From Tubulanus polymorphus (Eukaryota; Animalia; Nemertea): a stretch of DNA of 64,000 bases. The DNA lies in assembly GCF_964204645.1 (NCBI RefSeq), contig NC_134027.1, forward strand, positions 8,774,485 through 8,838,484. The letters run 5' to 3'. Under the pieces are notes generated by a model. It saw only the letters and a program-made list of their open reading frames with translations, searched no databases and was not told the origin of the DNA. Positions 52,680-64,000 of the stretch are shown here, one piece after another; the first letter of the stretch is position 1, and each line of letters begins with the position of its first letter. The translations under genes were made by a program, and so were the position numbers.

Positions 52680-55262
52680 ATGGCCAAGTCAAAGAATGCT
52701 TCGAATCATAATCAGAGTAAGTATTACCATAATTGACAAGCCGTGCTGTGGTCGATAACGATGACAAATATTTATTTGCGCTGTCGCATCTGTCATGGCG
52801 AAATGTATTTTTGGCGAGGAACGAATTTATCGTTTTATTTTCCATGTTGATCAATTTATAAATGTGTTTGCTGATGAACCAGACAGTTTACGCCTCACTG
52901 CAATGTGCTGAGCTGTCCCATAGATCTCTTGTTGGATTGTTTTCGCTTGTAATGATTGATCGTGTTGGCTCGATATATCATGGACAACCAAAACAACGCA
53001 AACAAAATTTACTTGATAATTGGTTTTCGGGCTTGGCTTCCGTATGACCCTTATTCTTGGTCTGTCTGTGCATCTGCCTGTGTCCGTGTCCGTTTTTCAG
53101 CTACCTAGCTTTTTTGATAGTAGGTTGATCTTAAGGAAACCTAGGTACGATGTTATTACAGGGGTCTAGTTGTGCAGTGCAAAAAATGGGCTCGATGCGC
53201 CACCTAGTGGCAGAATAGGCACTAAAAGCTCTGGTTGTCAGTGATATGACCTTTAAAAAGTTGTCTTGACTGTCAGGAACTCTACACTAGATCACTTGTA
53301 TCAAAGCCCTTGATCGACAGGCTTTTTTGCTTGATCATAAGATCATTGAAGGTCCGGTAATTGACACCTGAACATTTTTACACAAGATTGATTAGAGATC
53401 AAAGTCAAAGCCCCTTCGAGTAATGTACTGGCTAATTTAGCTTATTAATTAAGCTGAGTGGACTACAGAAAGACCTCCTACGTATAAATTTCCAGTATAG
53501 AGTTTATTCAGAAAATTAAAAGAGATACACTTAAGAGCGAGGAGTCACTTCGATGCACGTATTAGAGGATGAAAACGACACTCATGAGACATACCCGTAA
53601 TGAAAACATATTATTCTACGGAGAATTGGCATTGATAGAAAGTTTGTTTAACGAAAAATTGTTGTTTAAAATGTTTTTTCGTCACCAATTCGACGTTGAC
53701 TACGTGTCTGTAACCGACCTCTTTTTTTCGTCTGAAGGCGCAATGATTGTGTCATAATTGCATCACACGCCGAGTAATCCATATTTACATCGGGGTAAAT
53801 AGTTTTTCTGGATTGAATTTATGCGGATTAATTCAATGCGAAGACGCTGTCATCGTTTTGCATGATTATAGCTGTTCGTATAATATGATGAATGCGATCG
53901 GGCAATTTTCGGATGATGAATTACGGGAGATATATCTTCTGAATGGGACCGATACGTCGAGCCAGATGTCCTCGGCTTCTCATTCGAAATGAATTTACCT
54001 TGAATAGAATGAAAAATGACTACTTCAACTCTGTCGCCAGATTATTAACATTGCCTCTTGCAGGGGTGGATCCATGGGGCGCGCGCCCGCGTTATTCGGC
54101 CGAATGACCTTTAAATTTTCTGCCGAACAAAAATTAAAGAAAATGCTGGTATTGTTAGCATATTTCATTCCTAATAATATCGACCGTCCAGGAAAATTGT
54201 TCAGAAAGCACCTAAAAGCATCAAATTTTTCAAAAATCGGGGCACCTTCGACCCTTGGCACTCGGTAAAGGGCACTAAGTGCATGTAAGTAGTGACCCAA
54301 TATTCCATGTGTGCCCCTTTTCCAAATGGCTAGATCCGCTCCTGGTTGGTTTATGCCTCAAAATTTTGATTATACAGGAATGTATGTGAAAATTGGTACA
54401 AGCATATACATGTATATCGTGTTTAATGGGTTTTTTGTCTTTTTTTACAGACCGCAAACAGCACAGAAATGGTATCAAAAGACCAAGAACTCACAGATAT
54501 CCATCCCTCAAAGGTGTAAGTATACAATACTGTAATTGCCTGTCGGATCGACAGTTTTTCCACGTATTAATGTAAAAAGAACAACTTAAGTATGCATGAG
54601 ATTCGCAGTATTCAAATCTCCAATGACAGTCAGCCCATGATTTCTACTGCGCACATAGATATCTGGGCAGGTTCGCTATCTAAACAAGTTCATGTTACTG
54701 AATTAAGACGTACCGGGTATTACAGTGGCACCTCTTTACAACGAACTTACACGGGACTAGAAAATATGTTTGTTTTATCTGATAGTTTGTTATATCCAGT
54801 ATGAAATTAATTGAATTTTGTTGCTTGGGACGAACTTCTATTTGTAATATCATGCCAGTTCCTTTTATCAAGGTCCCACTGTACAATGAATGAAGATGTT
54901 ACTTCGTTGGTCAACTGATTGGTTGACTCGAAAAAAACATCTGACTATTTCCCTACCTGCAATTTCTGACGTGCAATTTTGTCACCGATGGGTGTTTCTA
55001 AATGGAAAAATTGGCTGGCATTTTCATTATCATCGAGTGTAGGTCTTGGAAATGCGGACTGCCAATTGCTCAAAGACGTCAGCGTGTGTGTTGTTTTCAT
55101 TTGATTGTTACATGTTTTTGATTGCCTTCCACGCGTTTCTATTTATAGGTCGACCCGAAGTTCCTGCGAAATTTACGGTTCGCCAAGAAGCACAACAAGA
55201 AAGTGAAGAAGGTCATCGCGGCGCCCGTCGTTGCGGCACCTGTCGTGAAAACTGACAAATAG
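52680..55262 (+). CDS. RPL29: 60S ribosomal protein L29 (eL29), 71 aa
   Basis: Exons 52680-52716, 54451-54515 and 55149-55262 give [77 protein letters not shown] lies at ~55283. Confidence 0.96.
54061..54344. mobile_element. hAT-like MITE in an RPL29 intron
   Basis: CAGGGGTGGATCCA ... CTAGATCCGCTCCTG. Confidence 0.65.
54723..54881. mobile_element. Tc1/mariner-pogo-like MITE with TA flanks in an RPL29 intron
   Basis: TA|CAGTGGCACCTCTTTACAACG ... TTATCAAGGTCCCACTG|TA. Confidence 0.6.
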
Positions 55263-56975
55263 ATGTTTGTTTGTAACGACTGAATAAAGAAAAAATGTAG
55301 ATACCATACATATGTACCTTTGTGATTTTGTTTCATGGTGCTCTGCTTTACCTCTTTGCCGGAGGAGCCAATCTTATATTTGGCAGGATATATCCATTCC
55401 AAGGTCATACTGATCTTGATGGAGAAAGTTGTCAGCCCCTCGTACAGCATAAAAATGAGAATGCATTGAAATTTGATTTAGTCAATGTAGAAGTTCCCGC
55501 CATAGATAACTTCTGGAATCCATTGGGAGCATTTATCATTCATTGAGGACCTCAGGAAAAGTCAGGAATTTATATTAGGCTAAAAAGGATGATTCATAGT
55601 TTCTCGTTATTGGCTGGATCATTTTGTAACATGCTACAAAATTTGTAATCAGTTCATTTCTATCGGGTCTTGTCCGGTTGATCATGATTTTAAAAAAATG
55701 AGCAGGGTAGAAAGGCAGCAGGCTGGGTCACTTTCAAAGCTAAGAAGAAACAATGTATCAATTTTTTTATGTTCTTATGGTATATCTGAAGGTATTTCAG
55801 GGGCCAAAATGTTTTTGCATATGTAAAGTACACTAAACCTCGTCATACTAGGGCCGGCACAAATGGTCCGAGCTAAGCGAAGTCCCAGTTAAGGAAAAGA
55901 ATAGACGTTTGGAAGTCAGAAGAATAATTTCGTTTTTGTCTCGAGATTTTTAATAGGCGCAGTAAAATAAATTAACACAGATTAAGAAGGCTTAAGAGAG
56001 GAAAAAATTACTGTTTGTCGCATTGCGTCGGCTCTCAGACTGAGACTGGCAAGCTGATAAGCCCGACAAGCTCCTTGGATGCAGAGAAGGCTGTGAAATT
56101 AAACATGAAATCCGACGTAAAATCCTCAAAAGATGTTTACATTGAAATTTTGTGTGAAGATAAGATGAACAGCTTAGTGATGACGAAGGAGAACAGTTTC
56201 GTAACGTAGATAACAACCGCGCTTATATTCCATCCACTTGTATGCACCTAACATGCATATCTAAAGGGATGGATTTGTCGGTTGTACTATTTGCCCATTT
56301 CTAACGGTAGTAACAGAAAAAGGAAGAAGAACGCTGACATTTTAAGATAAAAAAAAGCTTTATTGACGGTCGACGTTTCCAATTAATTACGCAACATCAA
56401 GAACAGAAGCCCACACTTAATAGATATTGATAACACATTGTACTCCAAGCCCATGATAGAAAAAAAGAAAGTTGGGGCGGCGGGATTGATTCTTCTGGGC
56501 ATCTGAGGTGAAATACACGAAAACATACTGCGTACTTTGATCATCGAGAGGTTTACATGTATTGATACTCGAATAGAATAAGATAGGTGCATTTAATAAA
56601 CTTTTATTTTCATTCGGCAGATAGACACATTCAATATCTTCCTGCAACAAACTTGCTTATATTGAAATTGGCGAAAGGAAAATTACCATTCCAGAAACGA
56701 TAGAGTGATGAGATTCCCGATCGCCACAAATCAACAAATTTGCGACCAGTTTGCGACACTTTCAATGTTAAATTCAGACTTTGCATTTGAATGACTTGAC
56801 AAACCTATAACGCAAACTTCATTAAGCTTTTCAGATACTGAATACAATGTTTAGTTCTACTAAGCTCATCTTGCGATCAAGTGACTTGATCTTATAATTA
56901 ACTTTTACTTACATGTAGTTTCCCTCTTACGTTGGCTAAAATAATTGCACATGTATGTCCACTTTTTACAGTCAT

Positions 56976-57205
56976 CAGGAGCGGAGGAGTCCGGTTCGGA
57001 GAGGGGTGCACTGCACCCCAAAATAGGGCATCATATCATATGATTAAAAGGGAAAATCGGAAAACGAAGTTTGAAAATACAGATAACAAGCTTATTAGTT
57101 TAAACTTGTTGCTATCAGTTCATCAGTTTTCATTTTCCTGTAAAATTTCAGGGCAACTCGACCGAGGGGGTGCGCACCCCTGCACCCTCCATTGGATCCG
57201 CCCCT
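56976..57205. mobile_element. hAT-like MITE
   Basis: CAGGAGCGGA..GGGGTGCACTGCACCCC at the left; GGGTGCGCACCCCTGCACCCTCCATTGGATCCGCCCCTG at the right. Confidence 0.6.
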
Positions 57206-57657
57206 GGCATATATATATTTCAACTTACAGTTACATGAAAATATCTTTCCAGCCCGTCGATAGGGTATGGTTTCATTGGAGAATTATTTCGTCTATTCAA
57301 CTACAGTTTACCGACAACTATATTATTAATTACATCGTTCTAGGTATATTTACACATCTATACAAATAATTTAAATTTACATCATTGACTTAACGTATTA
57401 CATTTATTTATATTTTGTAAATGTATCCTCGCCACGCGCCCCGAAACCTTCTCAGTTCGAGATAGATAAAACAATATCGTTTGTTAGAGTCTCCGCGTTA
57501 TGGGGGCCAATAGCAGAACAATGATGTAAAAATACTTTCGAAAATTCCAAATTTCCAGGAATTGTAGTAACGTCTGTACCACAACACCTCGACACAGTTC
57601 ACAGAGTCGTTTATAGACGGCGCCTCTGCGCAACACAACGCGCGGCTAACGTTTATG

Positions 57658-60600
57658 TTATTTACACGTATGCACGTCCTGTATGTACGAACACGTTTTA
57701 CACTTGACGACGCAACACCAGTGAAACTTGCATTCGCAACGCTCTTCGATCTTCTGCTTGAACGTATCGTAACCGCGGCCGCAACACATTAAATTGCAAC
57801 CGTCTAGCCCTTGCGAAGTCCGATTGCAACGCCGACCCCGAGTCCCGAGCGAACCGGTGTCCGGGTTGTGCTCGCAATAGTCCGGCGACTGGTCCAAGTA
57901 GACCAGGTCTTCTTTTGATATTTTCTTGAAATTGCTGTTAGTACGAGCGAGTTTCGTACCCCTCCGATTGAATTTCACTTCGGTCGCACCGTCGTATTTC
58001 TCCTTCAGCCGGTGGCCTACCTCGCGAAACGAGGGCAAACTTTGCCAACAAGTTTTTAGACTACAACTGCCCGACACTCCGTGGCATTTACAGGCGATTT
58101 TTGCGTAATTGTAGACAGCCTGAAAAATAGAATTGACGAAATTTAAGTTTTTAGTTCAGGCAAACTTAAATGTACCAGATGTCTTGAAATCAATTGACAA
58201 CTGTGGTGATGTATTTAAATGCAAATTCACATATTTGGATATTTGCCGAGAAAACTGCGTCTTTTATCAATTAAACCCGACACATAGGGTGAAATCGCCC
58301 GAACATATTACTTTGAAAATCACATCTTAATAGTCGAACGACTTTGAAACTATTTCTCGCAGTCGATTAGACTTTTGGGTCATCGGTGACAAAGCGCAGA
58401 TCATCTGTCATGTTTTGTATTTATTGCGCGGCTTTGGAGAAAAATGAACACAAAATATTGTCAGTTAGCCTTTTAAAGAGCCATTGTCGGAAATGTTTTT
58501 GATTGTGTTCACACCGATTAAGCAGTTATGTTTTCGGTAATGTTCTCGTGAAAGGTGTTTTGGTCACGTAAAAATCGCGTTCACAACGCGGACGAGTAAC
58601 AAAACGACGAACATGGGGCATGTTTGTTAACCCTCTACATCCTAGTCCTAGATTAAATGTTATTCTCCTGAGCCCGGTTCCACAGTTTCGAGTTTGAGTT
58701 AACTCCCAGATAAAATAAGTTCATTTTCAAATGTCAAATCAGATTCAAATCTTCACTCCACAACTTTTCCCACAACTCTTTACAACCCCTTTAAGTTAAC
58801 TTAAAGCAAAAATCAGTTCATTTTCAATGATTTAACTCAAGAGTTAAATTTAACTCAGAGCTGTGGAACTGAGTCCAGCTGTGAAAATATTTTTATTATT
58901 ATCGATTTATTTCAATTTGAGATAACGAGTTCACGCGCGAATTTTGTTTGCGTCGTCAAATATTTCAGGTTTTTATCTAGCGATGCCCGTAAGCTAGGCG
59001 CACTCGACGAACTAAACATCTTCTTTGAAAAACGAAAACCGAAATCGATGTTCGTTCACGTAAATGCCCTTTTAGCTGGTGAACGAGAGTGCCAATATTG
59101 AGCGCGATCGGCATTTTCGCTGCCAGAACACAAACAAAACAATGACATTCGATTCGATCGTCATTTTTTTCGTGTTTCGACGCATCGATAAAGCACGCAA
59201 TGACACAATTTCGCATGCCCGGAGCCAGGACGCGATGAACCCTTTCCCTCGATCTCCCGATACGTCGAAACATCGTGTATATTGATACAAAACGTTATGT
59301 ATTAATAGAAAGTTGAATAACATCGATAAAAATACACTTAACCGTGCACTCAAATTACTAATAGAGACGCGAGGAGAGAGTCCTCCATTATATTTGTCAT
59401 GGAACCTATATTTATTCGAAATATCAAGTATTATTGTTATTTGAAATATCCCCTCCAAATGCGTGTGGCATGCGAAATATACATCATACTTTGTACCACG
59501 AAGTAGAATTATCATCCAATTCATACATATATATATATCCTAATTAGTAATTGTTACATTTTCGCTTTGTGTGCATTTTTCCAAGTGGGCATTCATGGAA
59601 TAATGATAGGACTGTACCATTACATCCTCTGCTAGGTTTCATATTTAATCAGTTTCTGGCAGAGCGATGGTATTGACATTCATTGACAAAAAGACTTGTT
59701 AAAGATCCTTGGTAAATATCAATATTCGTGTGATTAATATTTGGTTTTTTCTTAAAGCCATTACAACGTAGCGATTGACAATTTGATGTAATCTGGCGGT
59801 TGTACAGAATACGAAAACAAAATACGTGTAGAATGAACGAATACATTTACTATGTTTTATCAACCGTTCGTTGATGATGTACTCGAATAAAGAAAGTAAC
59901 GAGATGGTGTGGGTCTAAGAATTCCTTTTAGGTGCGCAAAATATTACATCGACAACGAATTTGCTTAGCAAAACGACATGGCCATAATCACAAATGGCAT
60001 AAACTTATGAAACGTCCGTTTGACCGATGTGGAATAATTTGTTCACTTGGATTATCGTTTAAAGTCAAATTACGAGTAAATCGTCCGGTACAATAAAAAC
60101 ACGCGCTTCCCACGGTGAAAACCAACCGACTGTTATTAATATGGGTTCGCGTAGTTGCTCATTAAATATAGGCTACATATATACGTATGTATAGCTCCGT
60201 ATTTATTATTGCTCATTTGTCTGAAGACAATTGGTCCCCGCGACTGCTGCGAGCCATTTTCTATATGGTCGAGATTATCCCATAGTGCTTGTGCATATTA
60301 CAATGCGATGTATCAGCATGGGACCCATCCCGAGTCTTCGTCCGAGATAGTGTCGTCCGAACGAATCGAAAGAATTAACCTTACGTATTCAAAAAGGATT
60401 CTCTGGAAAATCTAAAGCTTCCCCACGACCATTTATGATATTACGACTATAGTCTTTGAGGATCTTCTCACATCTAGTTCGTTTCTTTAAATGTATGATC
60501 AAATTCATTCCATTGACCATCTGAAGTTATCTACAATTCCATAGAGACTTCATTGATATTTGTCACCTATTCATTTTTTTCAGTGAAGAGAAAACAATTA

Positions 60601-62786
60601 TTGACTCGTGGACAGCAGAAGATGAGCTGGCAAAGCCATTAATCCCGTGACTCTACCGGTAACTGTGACTGGATCACTTTCACCTGGTAGTAAGATTGAT
60701 GGCTCTTCCCACGAGACAGTGACTCGCTTTTTCGCAATTTCGGTGACTGAAAATCCCATCATAGGCCAAACAAATGCAATAATTCGCTTATCAATATTAG
60801 AAGAATCACCACCTAGCCTGGATAAATAGGTTTTGGGTAAATATGGAACTTCACGCAAACGTTATCAAACACGATTTTCTCTAACGAAGGAATTGAATCA
60901 TATTCCAACTTGCAGCCTTCGAGAATCCGCAAGCCCTTCCCAGAATATGGACTCGAATCACCTCCCGACACATAGCCTTCGAGACTGATTGGGAAGAATG
61001 ACTTTTTGAACTTTGTTAAATAAATATATGAATATTCTAACGAACAGCGAGCAATCATCCCGATGCGCCAACTTAGGTTGATTCAATCAAGTTCTCGCCT
61101 CGCCTCGTGAAACTCAGAAACGTCTTGATTGGTAAACCAAACATTTTAAGCTCATGGCCTCGGGCAGGTAAATGGCTTTTGTTCATTACGGTAACGATGG
61201 TTTATCGCCGAAGAGACGGCCTCCCATGACAACAGATGCTAGCTGTGAGATAAACCGAGGGAAAATCTGACGGTGACTCGACACGAAATTAAGGTAGACG
61301 AAACATGACACTTATGGTGTGCTTGAATTTTCAAGGGTTCGTTATCTGGGGTAAAGTGTGTAAGAGTCACGAAACCCAGAATATTTTACATTCAGTCGGG
61401 AGAAGCCAGTTATTGAATGAATCCTCCATAGTTAAACACAGGAATGTGGAGCCTTTTCAAAAAATACTGTATTCTTTATCCGTAGATTTTAGATTTTCCA
61501 AAAGTGCATTTTATTTTCATTATCATAATCAGATACTTTAGTGTTTGATATATGTTTTAACATAAGAACATAAACTTAAATAAAATTGTCAGTGTATAAT
61601 TTTCACTGTTATCAGAGTAATCTCCGCAATTTTTGGTGAACTTTTGAATTTCCATTCTCCGGTGTGTCAGAAAAATCCCTGACCTTAAAAAATGAGTGAA
61701 ATTTGATGTTTGTTGAGCGAAGGGCGTCACTTTTTTCATAATCCCGCTACCGTGGCTCAAAGCCTTCAATTTCAACCGTGTCCCCAGTATTTTTATCATC
61801 ACTTATAGTTGGATAATTCTAAGATTTCTCAACGAACTGATCCTGATTTACCGAAGCTAATGTCTACGTGGAAACAACTTTGCATCGAAGTACAGTTATA
61901 GGGAAATAATAGGGAAATAATTTATGTTAGAAAGCCGTCTGCTGCGGTTTCAGTCGCGGAGTCACGTCGCGCAGCAATCATTAATTATACTAATGAATGA
62001 AGATCGGGTTTAAAACGCACTAACTGTCGAGTGCGCGTATCAGATAGTGAAGAACCACCGAAGAGCTTGGATGGTTTACACTTGAACTACTAATATGAGA
62101 GGGAGAATCGGGTGCAAGTATATTTTACCGTTTCAATTGATTTGTCGTTTTTGACCGTGATATTTAAGTATATTTAAGTATCTAAATAGATGTCACCTAT
62201 CGTGCAGTAATTTATACGCGATGTCACGTGATCGGAGTGTGCGCCCTAGATACCCACTTAACCCCTTCCCCGAAACTGGACTCGGTGCCCTTTAAAACAC
62301 GACTTGCACCAGTTTTTTTGTCTAAGATTATAAAAAATGCATTTCAACATTTTTTAACCCAGTAAGCGGCAAGCTCTTCATATTCATGCATGTACGTATG
62401 TAGTTATTTTGAATTCGTATATTTTGTCGAAGTAAAGAAATTAAAAGGATTATCGAATGAAAAAAACTATTTTCTTAATTACGTCGAACTTACCCTTCGC
62501 CCGGCTTCGTTATTGTGATAGTTCATGAGCACCCTGGCTAACCCTCTGGAATGACGTGGATGGTTCTTTTCGCGTTCGCGTATATCCACAAATCCTTGAG
62601 CGAATCTAAATCCGTATTGTATATTGTCCCCACACCCACCCCATATCCAGTCCCGATGTAAGTGCTGCGGTCTCATCGCCCGGCTACATCCACACCGTGA
62701 CAGTTCACCGTCACGACACGACCTTGACACTGAGTGTACGACGCCCGCCGCTGATATCGCGTTCGTGAACGCGGCCTCCCGACTTG
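57658..62786 (-). CDS. WNT5: Wnt5, last two coding exons (5' exons not found in this window)
   Basis: Exon 62786-62494 reads [81 protein letters not shown]. Exon 58119-57658 reads [17 protein letters not shown]...[11 protein letters not shown]. The LxRDWxWGGCGDN and REREK signatures fit the Wnt5 subfamily. Confidence 0.93.
58671..58875. mobile_element. GGNCCAGTTCCACAGTT MITE family, two partial copies in the Wnt5 intron
   Basis: CTG|AGCCCGGTTCCACAGTTTCGAGTT ... AACTCAGAGCTGTGGAACTGAGTC|CAG. Confidence 0.75.
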
Positions 62787-64000
62787 CTGAAAATGGAAAT
62801 GAAATAAGTTTAAGTTTTCTTAAGATATTTGTATCGTATTCACATTTTCGTATCGGAATCTAAATTGGCGTTGATATAAAAAAACACACGAATGAAAGAA
62901 AGATTACCTCACTGAATAATACTGATGTGATATCAAGATTTGGAAATACAAAAGGGCTTAAAAACAATGAAATCACTCGTTATGATCCGGTTGTCGTGTG
63001 GTTCAACCACCACAATCTTTGGCGCATCTCCGGCCATTACACCTCTGATTAAAGGTACACTTTATAATGAAGACAGAAACCCCTGCAGGGCTAACTTCTC
63101 AATCTTCTGATCAAATCATGGACTCTAAAATTCATCGTTTTAGGGTCCTTGATCAAATCAACTAGCAAACCAATCCGCGAAACAGTCGATGAATTCGATA
63201 TACCGCGTATTCATCAATAATAGAGCTCTTGATTGATTACTTGTGAAATATCTTAGTACGTACATCACACTGTTGTATTTGCCAAGGTGAAAAGATCGAC
63301 ACCATACTGAATTGAGGGAGTTTTCAAAAGCTTTGATTATCAACGAGTATAGATTTTTCTGCTCGCGGGGTTGCTTATTTAGGGCGGCGTTAGGGCGGGT
63401 AACCCGCGATCTTCGCAGAGATCAGGTCGCGCCTTAACAATGTCGATATCGTGCTTTTGCAACAAAACAGCCCATCGGTACTAGTTGCGACAAATAACTT
63501 TTTGAACTTCAACAAATAATCGCGCAACTGAGCATTCGAAAGACGTCAAACAGTCGAGAGAATGCTATTCCAATCAGATTCTATAATGCCGTATTCAATT
63601 GCTCTCAACAGGACTGCTCGGCCTGCTGGTTGATTGACGTAAATTCCTGCATATTTTTCATTAGTAGCTCTTAATATGGAGTTTCATTCCGTTAGACAAT
63701 ACCGACGGTGTACAAATACGTACCTATATACATGTATTTAATCTTGGAGATATATTTTCTGTTGTGCGTAGGAAATTTGGTGTTGACACCACGTTAAAAC
63801 GCTTACCGGTTCAGACTGAATGGAAGATTGTTTGAATGAACCGGAAGTGAATTTTCCCGATTTAAAAAAATTTCTGTTAACTCGACCGCCGATCACACAA
63901 CTATATCTGTACTTCGATTTCCCATTTCAAAATCAAACCCCCTATTTCACTCCCGGCAGGTGTGGTGGGTCTGTGAGGGACACTCTATCAAAAAATCAGA

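Overview
This is eukaryotic, AT-rich, intron-containing genomic DNA from an invertebrate bilaterian (a spiralian/lophotrochozoan is my guess; the taxon cannot be proven from this window). There are no prokaryotic features and no CRISPR array. Genes reconstructed by hand from GT-AG splice sites, left to right: (1) a single-exon FMRFamide/sex-peptide-receptor-like GPCR (+), apparently nested in a large intron of (2) a stabilin-like EGF/FAS1 gene (-, 20 exons traced, 3' part not found in the window); (3) a Morgue orthologue (zinc finger + F-box + Cys->Gly E2 variant, +); (4) an orphan peptide GPCR and its truncated pseudogene duplicate (-); (5) IDH3G (-, 11 exons); (6) two tandem CD225/dispanin (PRRT1/IFITM-like) genes (+); (7) a moody/Tre1/GPR84-like GPCR (-, 3 exons); (8) RPL29 (+, 3 coding exons, missed by the ORF track); (9) the last two exons of Wnt5 (-). 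Non-coding DNA holds many MITE-like inverted-repeat elements, including a nested pair that carries a tRNA-like Pol III unit, plus a tandem array of tRNA-like ~75-bp units, a LINE 3' fragment and an (AT)n microsatellite. All calls come from motif recognition by eye; no database searches were run.
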